The position numbers and the translations under genes are program-made. The notes beneath the pieces are model-generated. The model saw only the letters and a list, made by a program, of their open reading frames with translations, made no database searches and had not been told where the DNA came from. Positions 47,518 through 56,960 of a stretch of DNA of 64,000 bases are shown here, piece by piece; within the stretch, counting starts at the first letter, position 1, and each line of letters opens with the position of its first letter. Source of the stretch: an uncultured virus (IMG/VR IMGVR_UViG_2643221865_000003) (taxonomy: Duplodnaviria > Heunggongvirae > Uroviricota > Caudoviricetes); the IMG/VR virus record IMGVR_UViG_2643221865_000003. One strand, given 5' to 3'.

Positions 47518-48213
47518 ATGGTGGGTGAACCGCCGCGGGAACTGAACCCGCGGTACGTGGAACAGCTTCTCGGCTTCGTCGAGAAGAACGGCCACGCCCG
47601 TGTCCCGTACAGGGTGCCGGGGTTGGGGCCGTGGGTTTCCGGTCGAAGGAAAGCGCGTCGGGCTGGACGCATGGATCCGCAGACAGTGAAATGGTTCGAG
47701 TCGGTACCTGGCTGGGAGTGGGAAGGAACCCTCCCCGCAGGCGTCGACGGTGAACGCCGGCAACATCTGGAAGCGTCACTTCGCACCGGTTGGGGCAGCG
47801 CCCGCGCGATGGAAGCGTTCGACGCTTTCGTTGCCCGTGAAGGGCATGCCCACATCCCGATCGACCATGTCGAAGGGGACTTCAAGCTGGGCCGCTGGGT
47901 GATGGTGCAACGAGATCAGTACCGCACCGGGCAGATGTCCGAGGAGCGCCGTGAGGTGCTGGAATCAGCTCCCGGATGGCGGTGGAATGGTCGCGTGAAC
48001 AGCCGGGAGGAGAAACTCCAGGCGTTGGACGCGTACGTCGGCCGTGTTGGTGACGCCAAGGTTCCGAATGCTCATGTCGAAGACGGTGTTGCGTTGGGAC
48101 AGTGGGTGGGAGCGCAACGCGTCGCCCACAAGGCAGGGAAGCTGCCGGCGGAGTTCGAAGCGAGGCTGGAGGCCTACCCGGGCTGGGAATGGCGTTCAAC
48201 TCGAACCCAGTGA
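47518..48213 (+). CDS. Stand-alone HA-repeat protein (3 repeats)
   Basis: NGHARVP, EGHAHIP, GDAKVP; LG.WV..QR; PGW.W three times. Confidence 0.9.
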   Translation: MVGEPPRELNPRYVEQLLGFVEKNGHARVPYRVPGLGPWVSGRRKARRAGRMDPQTVKWFESVPGWEWEGTLPAGVDGERRQHLEASLRTGWGSARAMEAFDAFVAREGHAHIPIDHVEGDFKLGRWVMVQRDQYRTGQMSEERREVLESAPGWRWNGRVNSREEKLQALDAYVGRVGDAKVPNAHVEDGVALGQWVGAQRVAHKAGKLPAEFEARLEAYPGWEWRSTRTQ

Positions 48214-48229
48214 GGATTTCTGTCCGCAT

Positions 48230-48238
48230 CCGCACATG
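48230..48238 (+). promoter_or_regulatory. Motif A
   Basis: CCGCACATG-ACGGT. Confidence 0.7.
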
Positions 48239-48290
48239 ACGGTTCCAGGTCGCATCTGTCCCGACGATGCCCTGTTAGGAGCTCCCCCTC

Positions 48291-49271
48291 ATGTACGGTG
48301 CCCGTACCGTCCTCATCGGCTGCGCAATCGCGGCCGGCGTGGTCGCACTATGGCCGCAGTCGGCGACCCCTGACGAGCCGGTGAAGAAGGACGAACCGGC
48401 CGTCTCCGCACCGGCTGAACCCGTCATCGGTGACGAGCCGGTCCTGGAACAGACGACAGCGTTCATCCCTCCGAAGCCGGAACCTGAAGTGGCGCCCCCG
48501 CCGCCCGTGAAGGTGAAGCCGGACCCGCCGAAGACCCACATTCCAGATCCTGACCCGTCAACCGACGACGGTGACGACCCGGCCGACCCTGACACCGACC
48601 CTGGCACCAACCCCGATGACGGTGACGAAGATCCGACCCCGGAAGACCCAGACGGCACAGACCCCGATGACACCGACCCGGACAACCCCGACGATCAGGA
48701 CCACTCCGCGGAGATCGTCCTGGCTGCTGAGACGGCAGTCGCCGACGGCCGTGTGCTCTACGCGGCCGGCGACGTCGACATTGCTGTCCGTGTCGACTTG
48801 CTCACAGCGATCGACGCAGTCGACTCCGAACTGCTGAACCCGTCACGGAACATCGACCTTCTCGCCGAGCTCACCGACACTCTCCTCGCTGCCATGCAGA
48901 CGGTCCGCGACTACGACCTGGCGAACACCGACATGTGCCTGCCGGATGGCGAAGACGAGCCAGTCGACGAGGTGCCCACCGGAGAGCCGGAAGGCCCTGC
49001 CGGGGACTCGGCCGCCGCAACCACCATCGTGATCGCAGACGAGTCCTCAGACCAACACACCGCGGTGACCACCGATCCGGACGCTGAGCCCGAGGACGAA
49101 GGCGAAACCTCTGACGGCGAAGACCTCTGCGAGCCAGACGAGGACACCGACGGAACAGCCGATCCCGACGACACCGAGATCACCATCACCCCGGTCCCCG
49201 ACGACCCCGACCTGGCCGACCCGGCGAACATCACCGCCATCCTCCGCGACCCGTTCGGCGACAGCGAGTAG
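48291..49271 (+). CDS. Exported Asp/Pro-rich protein
   Basis: SD AGGAG; signal anchor; DPD repeats. Confidence 0.75.
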   Translation: MYGARTVLIGCAIAAGVVALWPQSATPDEPVKKDEPAVSAPAEPVIGDEPVLEQTTAFIPPKPEPEVAPPPPVKVKPDPPKTHIPDPDPSTDDGDDPADPDTDPGTNPDDGDEDPTPEDPDGTDPDDTDPDNPDDQDHSAEIVLAAETAVADGRVLYAAGDVDIAVRVDLLTAIDAVDSELLNPSRNIDLLAELTDTLLAAMQTVRDYDLANTDMCLPDGEDEPVDEVPTGEPEGPAGDSAAATTIVIADESSDQHTAVTTDPDAEPEDEGETSDGEDLCEPDEDTDGTADPDDTEITITPVPDDPDLADPANITAILRDPFGDSE

Positions 49272-49322
49272 ACCCTCACACTGGGTGTCGCGGCACTCTG
49301 AGGCCGCTGCTACCTTCACGTC

Positions 49323-50057
49323 GTGACCCCGAACGAAGCCGCCATCACCCTCGGAGTCCGTCCCGGTGCCACCGAACCGGAGGTCCTCGACGCCTACCTG
49401 ACGGCTGTCACCCCGTCGCACCCGCACCTGTACGAACCCGGGTCACCGGAACGACGGACAGCGCAGCTCGCGTTCGCGCAGCTGACCGGAGCGCGTGACG
49501 TGCTCCTCGCCGAGACGCCCCGGCTTGTGCTGGCGCCGGCGCCGTCCGTTCAGCCACCCGACTACCAGCCGGCCGCCGGCGCTGTGACATCCACCCAGCC
49601 GACCATCGCTGCCGCACAGGCGTACATGGCAGTCCACCCGCTGCCGGAACCGCCACCACTGCCGCCAGCCCCGCGAGACCCTTCCCGCCTCATCGGGTTC
49701 ATCGTGCTGGGCGTGCTGGTCATCGCACTCATCATGGGTGTGGCCTTGGCCGTCAGCCGGGACAACGCCCAGCAGTCCTCCACGTCGTTCCCCTTCACGG
49801 ACGTCACCCCGGACGGTGAGCCATCCTGCGAGGATGACGTCAACGACTGCTGGGAGTGGAGGCTCAACTTCAACGACGACTGCAGCAGAGCCATGGTGCG
49901 TATCGGCTTCTCCGACACCGAGGACGGGGAAACGAAACGGACGACCATCCGGTGGATCACAGGCATCGAAGCCGACGAGACAGCGACCCTCCATGTCGAG
50001 AACAGCACCGGCTACCCGGAATGGGCCGGCATCGAAGACATCACCTGCGAGGACTGA
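49323..50057 (+). CDS. Membrane protein with degenerate N-terminal J-domain
   Basis: LGV.PGAT..EV..AY..HPH..AF..L..AR..L; TM helix; leaderless after TACCTT. Confidence 0.7.
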   Translation: MTPNEAAITLGVRPGATEPEVLDAYLTAVTPSHPHLYEPGSPERRTAQLAFAQLTGARDVLLAETPRLVLAPAPSVQPPDYQPAAGAVTSTQPTIAAAQAYMAVHPLPEPPPLPPAPRDPSRLIGFIVLGVLVIALIMGVALAVSRDNAQQSSTSFPFTDVTPDGEPSCEDDVNDCWEWRLNFNDDCSRAMVRIGFSDTEDGETKRTTIRWITGIEADETATLHVENSTGYPEWAGIEDITCED

Positions 50058-50058
50058 C

Positions 50059-50562
50059 GTGACCACCATTGAACAGTTCCGATACGCCATCCTGAGCCCC
50101 GCCGGCCGCAGCAACGTCGGCGTCACCATGACCGACGAAGACGCCACCTGGATCGCCGCGGACGGAGAACGCCTCCACGGTGCTTTCACAGCTTGGTCCT
50201 CCACCCGGCCCGCCGCCCTCGCGCAGGCGGTACCGGCGTTCGCTGCACCACCGCCGTCCACCCCGCCGGTGTTCAGGGCACCACCTCAGGCTGTCACCGC
50301 GCCACCTCCGGCGCCGGATCCGGTCAGCGCGTTCTGCATCTCCCTGGTCGGGTTGGTGCTGGCCGCAGTCCCGTTCCTCGCTCTCCCGCTGGGGATCGTC
50401 GGCGTTGTGGTGGCACGGAAGAGTTTGAGCCGAATGCCTGCCGGGGCGCCCCGCCGAGCTCTCGCCTCCTGGGCTTTCGGTCTCGGGGTCGCCGCAATCT
50501 CCATTACCAGCGCCCTCGTGCTGCTGGCGATCTCGGGAGCTATCAGTCAGAGCTTCTGGTGA
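50059..50562 (+). CDS. DUF4190-like membrane protein
   Basis: Pro-rich stretch then hydrophobic helices; start uncertain. Confidence 0.55.
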   Translation: MTTIEQFRYAILSPAGRSNVGVTMTDEDATWIAADGERLHGAFTAWSSTRPAALAQAVPAFAAPPPSTPPVFRAPPQAVTAPPPAPDPVSAFCISLVGLVLAAVPFLALPLGIVGVVVARKSLSRMPAGAPRRALASWAFGLGVAAISITSALVLLAISGAISQSFW

Positions 50563-50587
50563 GCTGACGCCACACACCTACAGGTGC

Positions 50588-51673
50588 ATGACCACCACAG
50601 CTTTCACAGCATCTGAGCACCCCCGCGGCCGCGACCTCGGCATCATCGTCGGCAACGGCACCTCCGGCAGCTTCGCCGAGAAGGAACAGCCCGCCGGCGC
50701 CCCAGTCAGCACCCTCGGTTTCGACCCGCACGACCCGAACATCGTCGGCTACCGGTTCCGCAGCGGCGACATCTACGACCTCGAATACCTCCTCGCCCGC
50801 GGCAACGCAGTCGCCGGCACCGACCACACAGACCTCACCGCGCTGATCGCCGACCTCCAGGTGAAGCACCCCGACAAGCCGTGGTTCGTCCCCGAGCCGA
50901 TCGCAGCGATCGACGACGAGATCACCAACCAGCTCGAATACGCCGAGCAGGCAGTCGGGTTCGCCTTCCGTGCCGACATGCACCCCTCCTACGACCTCGG
51001 CGACACCCTGGCCGCAGCGTTCCCCGAGGACGTCGCCGCGATCACAGCGGACGGCCTGTACCGCACCGACGCCCACGTCCTCACTCTCCTCGCTGACCGT
51101 CTCGGCTACGACATCGCCGATGAGACGTCCTACGACAGCGACGAGTTCCCGAAGATGGTGTTCGACAGGAACCCCGACGGAAGCGGCCTCGACATCGCCT
51201 CCCACCCCTACCTCAACCTCCCCTACTACGAAGGCGCCGACGGGGAGCCCATCACCGGCGACGCCGCCTGGGACGTCTGGTGGGCGGATGTGTCCAGGAA
51301 CCACGACCACAAGCCCTGGTTCGACGGGCTGAGGGCCCGGTTCAGCTCCGCGTACGGCGGAGGATGGGGTGACGACCACTTCGCAGAGCTGCTGGAGGAC
51401 TACGGCACCGAGTCCACGTTCCGGCGTCGAGGCGTCCCGCTCCCCACCCGCCACAACGTCTGGCAGCTCGAAGACGGACGCACCGTCGACGGCGCCGAGG
51501 CATTCGACGAGTGGTGCGACAAGGTGAACCTCGACGACGACCTGTTCAACACCATCGCTCGCAGCACCGACCACAACGGCGCGCACAACCTCCGGCTCGT
51601 CGAGAAGGAAGCCCGCCGACTCGGCATCGACCTGGACAAGATCGGAGCTGGGCTCCCGGCGTTCAAGGCCTGA
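50588..51673 (+). CDS. Acidic hypothetical protein with N-terminal EHPR..G.F.EK motif
   Basis: Strong GC3 bias; motif B variant CGCCACACA 11 nt upstream. Confidence 0.8.
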   Translation: MTTTAFTASEHPRGRDLGIIVGNGTSGSFAEKEQPAGAPVSTLGFDPHDPNIVGYRFRSGDIYDLEYLLARGNAVAGTDHTDLTALIADLQVKHPDKPWFVPEPIAAIDDEITNQLEYAEQAVGFAFRADMHPSYDLGDTLAAAFPEDVAAITADGLYRTDAHVLTLLADRLGYDIADETSYDSDEFPKMVFDRNPDGSGLDIASHPYLNLPYYEGADGEPITGDAAWDVWWADVSRNHDHKPWFDGLRARFSSAYGGGWGDDHFAELLEDYGTESTFRRRGVPLPTRHNVWQLEDGRTVDGAEAFDEWCDKVNLDDDLFNTIARSTDHNGAHNLRLVEKEARRLGIDLDKIGAGLPAFKA

Positions 51674-51696
51674 ACGCGGCCCGGTGGGAGCCCTGT

Positions 51697-51705
51697 CGCC
51701 ACATG
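51697..51705 (+). promoter_or_regulatory. Motif B
   Basis: CGCCACATGGCTCC upstream of the pilin-like gene. Confidence 0.65.
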
Positions 51706-51735
51706 GCTCCCTCCCGTAGGACAGGAGGTGCGACC

Positions 51736-54057
51736 ATGCCGTCACGGGTCATGGCTACAGTTCGACGCACCCGAGCAGCGATAGATCTCGCCTCGATCAT
51801 GGTCGGCGTCCTCGTCATCGCCATCGTCGCCGGCGCCCTCAGCGTCACCACCTTCGGGGTGATCCCTTGGGCTCAAAACGAAGCCGCGAAGGCGTACCTC
51901 ACAGAAGTGTCGGACGCGGAAAGCGCAGCGAAACTCCCCAACCCGACAATCCAGCAGTCCGGCCGCTACCTACCCAATGACCTGTTGGCTACCGCCGGCT
52001 TCCTGGATGAACGGGCCGGCGCAACAGTCGCGACCGACCTCGGCGGCACCTGCTTCGCCGCTGTCGCGAAATCGGACAGCGGCCCTGTGTACTGGGTGTC
52101 GGACCGGTCACCGAAACCGTTGCTGTACCTCGGAGATCACGACCCATGCACCGACCTGAGCGCGATGGTCGCCGCGGTCGGCGGCGCGCAAGGTCTCACG
52201 TCCGTTACCAACCTGCTGACCAACCCGTCATGGGAAGCGGTCACCCCGGGCACGGCGTTGCTCCGCTCGAACCTCACCCAGAGCCCGGCAGTCCAATCCG
52301 TTGCCGGCTGGTCCGTGTCGGCCGCTGGCGGGGCCGCGCAAGGCAGTGCCGGTGGGAAGATCGGACCGGCAGGAGCGTCGTACAAGGGCACGGTCGCCGC
52401 CACGAGCGGCTCAGCATCGATCGCGATAGCGGCGACAGCCCCGGGCGGTTTCATCCCGGCAGCCTCATACACAGCGTCGATTTACGGCACCGTCACCTGG
52501 AACGCTGTCACGTTCGCGTCCATCAGCTGGTTCGACGCCTCCGGCACACTCATAGGCACCACGTCTGGGTCGGCATCAGCCCAAACTGCAGGTGCGGTTG
52601 CGCGCCGTTCCGTGGCGGGTGTCGCACCGACCAACGCTGCGACAGCCACAGTCCAGTTCGTCACCGACTCATCCGCCCCACCGAAGGTGGGCGACACCGC
52701 CTCCGCATCCGCCGCACTCTTCGAACGGACCACCTCACTTCGCACGTACTTCGACGGCAGCACCGTCGACACGAACGGATGGGCTTTCGCATGGGACGGG
52801 CCTGCATCCGTGGCCATGGCAACCCCGGTGGAATCCCGGCGGAACCTCGCGTCGTACACCAACGGGCTCGGTTTCATGCCGGACGTCACCGGTGCCGGGT
52901 TCCGGAACAGTCGGGCACCCGCGAACGTCACCTACTCGATCGTCCCCACCCCAACCGACGCCGCCGCCCTCTCAGCACGGTCCTATGTTCGGAAGACCTG
53001 GAAAGCTGTCACGACCGGCGCCGGCAACGGATTCGCGCTCACCCAAGCCGACCCCGACTCAGCCTCACCCGGCACTGACACAGGGCTCCCCGTCGACGCC
53101 GGCCAGACGTACACGATCAGTTCGTACGTGAAAGCCAGCGCCACCGGCAAAGCAGCCCTCGTCCGGGTCAGGTTCTTCACCCCCGGCTCCGGGTGGGTTG
53201 GAGCAGCGACATCCGGGGCCAGCCTCTCCCTGTCAGCGAACGCGTGGGCGCGCCCACGACTCACCATCACCGCACCGACCGGCGCGACGATGGCGGCGAT
53301 CGTCGTCGACACCGGTGCCGGCACGACCAACTGGAAGGCCGGCGACACGTTCGACGCCACCCAGCTCCTCATCGAAGAAGGCTCCGCCCTCCAGTCGTAC
53401 TTCGACGGAACCACCGGCAGCGGAGGCGGAGCATCCCAGGAGTGGGTCGGCGAGGAGGGGAAGTCCCCGTCTCGAGCGATGTCGCCCCTGCCCGCCGGAG
53501 CGGAATCATCACTCTCCGGAAACGACAGGGTCGCAACGGTCGGCGGCACCGCCTGGAAGACCGACGGTGCACAGAGCATCCGGATCTCCGCCCTCGGTGA
53601 CGGAACAGCCACGTCAGTGACCGTCGCGGGGAGTGGAGCGGGACTCTCCGGCCATGGTGTGACATTGGAGCCGGGGAAGACCTACACGATGGTCGGCACC
53701 GCCCAGCTCAGCGTCACCCAGAAGGGAACGCTGGACTCTCGGGCCCGCTCGATCGTGTTCGCAGACTCCACAACCGGGGACGCCGGCATCCGCTCCGATC
53801 AGCTCCCGAACGTCGTCGGCGCAGGCGATCTGCGTCTCACCTTCACGGTGAGCCCCTCAGCGACCTGGGCGACCATCCGGTTGTTCAACGGCGCATCCGT
53901 GGGGAACGGAGACGTGTCATGGGACCACCTCGCATTGATCGAAGGCGAATACACCGGACCTGCGTTCAACGGCAACACCCCACGGACCGATCAGGTCCGG
54001 TACGACTGGGCAGGACCTGGCAACGCGAGCGCATCGACGATGCACCGGTACCGGTGA
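51736..54057 (+). CDS. Type IV pilin-like protein with large CBM-like C-terminal region
   Basis: Basic leader RRTRA, then AIDLASIMVGVLVIAIVAG..IPWAQ; repeated NL..NPS, YT.S.Y and YFDG units; SD AGGAGG. Confidence 0.65.
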   Translation: MPSRVMATVRRTRAAIDLASIMVGVLVIAIVAGALSVTTFGVIPWAQNEAAKAYLTEVSDAESAAKLPNPTIQQSGRYLPNDLLATAGFLDERAGATVATDLGGTCFAAVAKSDSGPVYWVSDRSPKPLLYLGDHDPCTDLSAMVAAVGGAQGLTSVTNLLTNPSWEAVTPGTALLRSNLTQSPAVQSVAGWSVSAAGGAAQGSAGGKIGPAGASYKGTVAATSGSASIAIAATAPGGFIPAASYTASIYGTVTWNAVTFASISWFDASGTLIGTTSGSASAQTAGAVARRSVAGVAPTNAATATVQFVTDSSAPPKVGDTASASAALFERTTSLRTYFDGSTVDTNGWAFAWDGPASVAMATPVESRRNLASYTNGLGFMPDVTGAGFRNSRAPANVTYSIVPTPTDAAALSARSYVRKTWKAVTTGAGNGFALTQADPDSASPGTDTGLPVDAGQTYTISSYVKASATGKAALVRVRFFTPGSGWVGAATSGASLSLSANAWARPRLTITAPTGATMAAIVVDTGAGTTNWKAGDTFDATQLLIEEGSALQSYFDGTTGSGGGASQEWVGEEGKSPSRAMSPLPAGAESSLSGNDRVATVGGTAWKTDGAQSIRISALGDGTATSVTVAGSGAGLSGHGVTLEPGKTYTMVGTAQLSVTQKGTLDSRARSIVFADSTTGDAGIRSDQLPNVVGAGDLRLTFTVSPSATWATIRLFNGASVGNGDVSWDHLALIEGEYTGPAFNGNTPRTDQVRYDWAGPGNASASTMHRYR

Positions 54058-54063
54058 AATGTT

Positions 54064-54072
54064 CGCCACATG
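54064..54072 (+). promoter_or_regulatory. Motif B
   Basis: 10 nt before ATG 54083. Confidence 0.65.
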
Positions 54073-54082
54073 CCCATAGAGC

Positions 54083-54823
54083 ATGACCAGTCCGTCGCCG
54101 ACACCCTCGCATGGCGCCACGATTCTGATCGGGCAGCTGACAGGGAACCACATCCGTTCCTGCGCTCCGGCTCTGCCGTTCGGGCAGTCAGTCCGCGGGA
54201 GCCGTGACCTGTTCTACGACCCCGTGTCCCGGTCGAACCTGCTGCTCGCCGGCCCCGCCCGGTCCGGGAAGTCGAACGCCGGCGATGTGCTCGCTGCGGT
54301 CGCCCGCGTCCAAGGAGCATCAGTTCTCGGGATCCGCGCCCAAGGGGTCGAGGATTCCCGATTCAGCTCATTCGCGAACGGGCTCGAGGACGCTGAGCGC
54401 ATCATCGTGAACCTGTACACGGAGCTGCGGAAGCGGATGGCGACACTGAAGAAGAAGGACCTCCGCTCCGTCGAATACCTTCCCGCCCGGCAGCAGCCGG
54501 AGCACATCTTCCTGTTCGTCGACGGGCTCGCAAAACTGCCGATGCAGACCAGCCTCCACGGGGAGGAGCTGAAGGAAGCCAGGTCGGAGTTCTACTCGTA
54601 CCTGAAACGCGCCATCGACCTGCTTTCCCGTGTCGGTGTGCTGGTCCGCATCCATGTGATCGTCGTCACCGACCGTCCGGTCGCGAAAGCACCGTGGAAC
54701 ACCGGGGTGCTGAAGATGCGCACCGCCGGAAAAGGCACATTCGATGACGGGTTCACCGTCCCGGAGTCCGTCGATGTGTGGCCTGCTCCGTCCGACCAGG
54801 AGCTCGTCGCGGAGCTCGTCTAG
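54083..54823 (+). CDS. Short FtsK/SpoIIIE-like P-loop domain protein
   Basis: NLLLAGPARSGKS; EL.KR; HIFLFVDG; GVLVRIHVIV. Confidence 0.7.
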   Translation: MTSPSPTPSHGATILIGQLTGNHIRSCAPALPFGQSVRGSRDLFYDPVSRSNLLLAGPARSGKSNAGDVLAAVARVQGASVLGIRAQGVEDSRFSSFANGLEDAERIIVNLYTELRKRMATLKKKDLRSVEYLPARQQPEHIFLFVDGLAKLPMQTSLHGEELKEARSEFYSYLKRAIDLLSRVGVLVRIHVIVVTDRPVAKAPWNTGVLKMRTAGKGTFDDGFTVPESVDVWPAPSDQELVAELV

Positions 54824-54868
54824 GGCGGTCACCTCGAACCCGGCTCTGCTCGTCGTTCTGAGAACGTT

Positions 54869-54877
54869 CCGCGCATG
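54869..54877 (+). promoter_or_regulatory. Motif A
   Basis: CCGCGCATG-AAGGT. Confidence 0.7.
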
Positions 54878-54928
54878 AAGGTGGGGAAGAAGGGCGCCAC
54901 GCCCACCCAGCCCAGACAAGGACCCCGA

Positions 54929-55453
54929 ATGTCAGTGAACCAAGCCGCCGCCCGCGTCGCCCGAGCCGAGAACAACCTCAAGGAGGCGACCGAGTTCTAC
55001 TCGATCCCCATGGAGGAGCGGCTTCAGCCGCTGCATCGGAAGGCTCGCCGCGCTCACCTCACGGTCGTCTTCGGGCTCGTGGCCATCGCCGTCGGTGTGG
55101 TGGTCATCCTGGTGAACAGCAGCGGATTGGGCATCTTCGTCTCAATCGCCGGCGTGCTCATTGCGGCCTTCGCAGGGGCGCATGCCGGTGACATCGGGGA
55201 TGAGATCTACTCCATTGACAGGGACTACCAAGGACGCATCCCGACGGTCGAAGAGGCCACAGCTCGTGTCGCCAGCGCCAAGGAGAAGCTGACGAAGGAG
55301 GTCGAGAAGAAGGAAGCCGCTGACGCTCAGGAGGCAGCGGCCGCCCAGGAAGCGGCTGACGAGCTGGAGTTCCGACGGGTCATCCGCCGCCGCGTGATCG
55401 AAGGTGACCTGTCCGAAGAGTCGATCTCCGCGCTACTCGCGAAGCTCGCCTGA
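54929..55453 (+). CDS. Two-TM coiled-coil protein
   Basis: SD AAGGA; TM hairpin. Confidence 0.75.
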   Translation: MSVNQAAARVARAENNLKEATEFYSIPMEERLQPLHRKARRAHLTVVFGLVAIAVGVVVILVNSSGLGIFVSIAGVLIAAFAGAHAGDIGDEIYSIDRDYQGRIPTVEEATARVASAKEKLTKEVEKKEAADAQEAAAAQEAADELEFRRVIRRRVIEGDLSEESISALLAKLA

Positions 55454-55468
55454 CGGTCACGCGGCAGT

Positions 55469-55477
55469 CCGCGCATG
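55469..55477 (+). promoter_or_regulatory. Motif A
   Basis: CCGCGCATG-TAGGT. Confidence 0.7.
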
Positions 55478-55543
55478 TAGGTGTCGTAGAAGCCGCCGTC
55501 GGCGGCATCCTGTAGAACAGGACCATCGATCGAAGGACCAGCC

Positions 55544-55882
55544 ATGCCTCAGCCTCTCACCGTGACCGACACCCTCCGTGACGTGCAGTTGGCCATCAGC
55601 GGCCGCCAAGCCGAAGCCCGCGCGGAGGTCTACGCTGTCCATCAGTACCTGACCGGACTGTGGGCCGGCGGGAACCTCACTCCCAGCCATTCACTTCCGC
55701 AGCTGGAGACGGCCGAAGCGCGCCTGAAGGTGCTCACGCACGTCCTCGACTTCGGCACCACCTACGAGATGCTCCAGGAGCTGCACCGGGTCGCGATGCA
55801 CAAACGCCACGACCCGGTCGGGTCGACCGCTGCAGCGTGGGAGGAAGTCTGGGCGACCCTCGGGGAGCTCGGCGTCGAGTGA
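55544..55882 (+). CDS. Hypothetical protein
   Basis: SD GAAGGA. Confidence 0.75.
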   Translation: MPQPLTVTDTLRDVQLAISGRQAEARAEVYAVHQYLTGLWAGGNLTPSHSLPQLETAEARLKVLTHVLDFGTTYEMLQELHRVAMHKRHDPVGSTAAAWEEVWATLGELGVE

Positions 55883-55916
55883 CCACCGCCGACCATCAGC
55901 GTCACCGCATCACGGC

Positions 55917-56528
55917 TCAGACGGGCTGGAGAACCCCGCCGGACTCACGCAGGTAGCACTTGCCGCACAGCGACTCGTACTCGACCGCCTGCCCGTCGAT
56001 TGCGACCTGGTCGCCGTCGAACACGTAGGCGCCGTCGATGCGTCGACCGTTGAACATCGCCTTCGAGCCGCACCTGCAGATCGTCTTCAGCTCCTCCAAC
56101 GAGTGGGCGATCTCCAGCAGGCGGAGAGAGCCGGGGAACGCCTGGGTGCGGAAGTCGGTTCGGATGCCGTACGCGAGCACAGGGACGCCGTCGAGCAGGG
56201 CAACCCGGAGGAGGTCGTCGACCTGGGCGCCGGTGAGGAACTGCGCTTCGTCGACGATGAGGGCGGCGACATCCTGGCCATGCTCGTAGAGCACCGCAGC
56301 TCGGCGAGACGCGAACGCCTGTCGGAGGCCATCGTCAGGGGCGACGGTGAAGTCGACAGGACGGGACACACCGAGGCGGGACACCACCCGGGTGTCACCC
56401 TTCGTGTCCACAGCCGGCTTCACGAGCAGCACACGCTGTCCGCGCTCCTCGTAGTTGTACGCCGCCTGCAGCAGCGCGGTGGTCTTGCCGGAGTTCATCG
56501 CCCCGTAGCGGTAGTAAAGCTTCGCCAT
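55917..56528 (-). CDS. tdk: Thymidine kinase
   Basis: YGAMNSGKTT, VDEAQF, YGIRTDF..FPGS, CRCG..C..C; SD AAGGAG. Confidence 0.97.
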   Translation of the reverse strand: MAKLYYRYGAMNSGKTTALLQAAYNYEERGQRVLLVKPAVDTKGDTRVVSRLGVSRPVDFTVAPDDGLRQAFASRRAAVLYEHGQDVAALIVDEAQFLTGAQVDDLLRVALLDGVPVLAYGIRTDFRTQAFPGSLRLLEIAHSLEELKTICRCGSKAMFNGRRIDGAYVFDGDQVAIDGQAVEYESLCGKCYLRESGGVLQPV

Positions 56529-56567
56529 CGGGACGCGCTCCTTCTTGTTGTCGATTCGAGGAGGAGC

Positions 56568-56576
56568 CATGTGGCG
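56568..56576 (-). promoter_or_regulatory. Motif B
   Basis: CGCCACATGGCTCC upstream of tdk. Confidence 0.65.
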
Positions 56577-56716
56577 GAGATCGGCGCCTCTTTACGAGAA
56601 CCGCCCCCTCCTGCGTAAAGAAGTCGCCGCTACGCCCGAACTCTTTCCGAGACGGCCGGCGGGTGCCCCCAGCACTGGAGATAGCGGGCGTCTGCGGCTC
56701 GCGATAGCTTCACGGG

Positions 56717-56917
56717 ATGGCCATCCTCGTCTTCCTCGCTCTCGCCGGCGTCGTCATCCTCGTCGTCGGAACGCTCGCAGGATGGGCAATCGCGGTGTCG
56801 ATCGGCGGACCCGTCGTCGACGTGACCCCTGAACCGAAGCCGGAGCCGATGGACCGCACCCCACGGTTCGCATCCCTGGCCGACCAGATGGCTGACGTCG
56901 AACGGAACCGCGACTAA
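56717..56917 (+). CDS. Small membrane protein
   Basis: TM helix; leaderless after TAGCTT. Confidence 0.65.
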   Translation: MAILVFLALAGVVILVVGTLAGWAIAVSIGGPVVDVTPEPKPEPMDRTPRFASLADQMADVERNRD

Positions 56918-56924
56918 CCCGGTG

Positions 56925-56933
56925 CGCCACATG
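56925..56933 (+). promoter_or_regulatory. Motif B
   Basis: Upstream of 56961. Confidence 0.65.
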
Positions 56934-56960
56934 CCATCAGGGCAACCCCGAGGAGCCCCG

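Noticed and set aside
7064..54877. ATG inside motif A as a start codon (ORF track starts at 7064, 11113, 21238, 54875)
   Set aside because: In frame for only about a third of copies, sometimes followed directly by TAG, and better starts lie downstream
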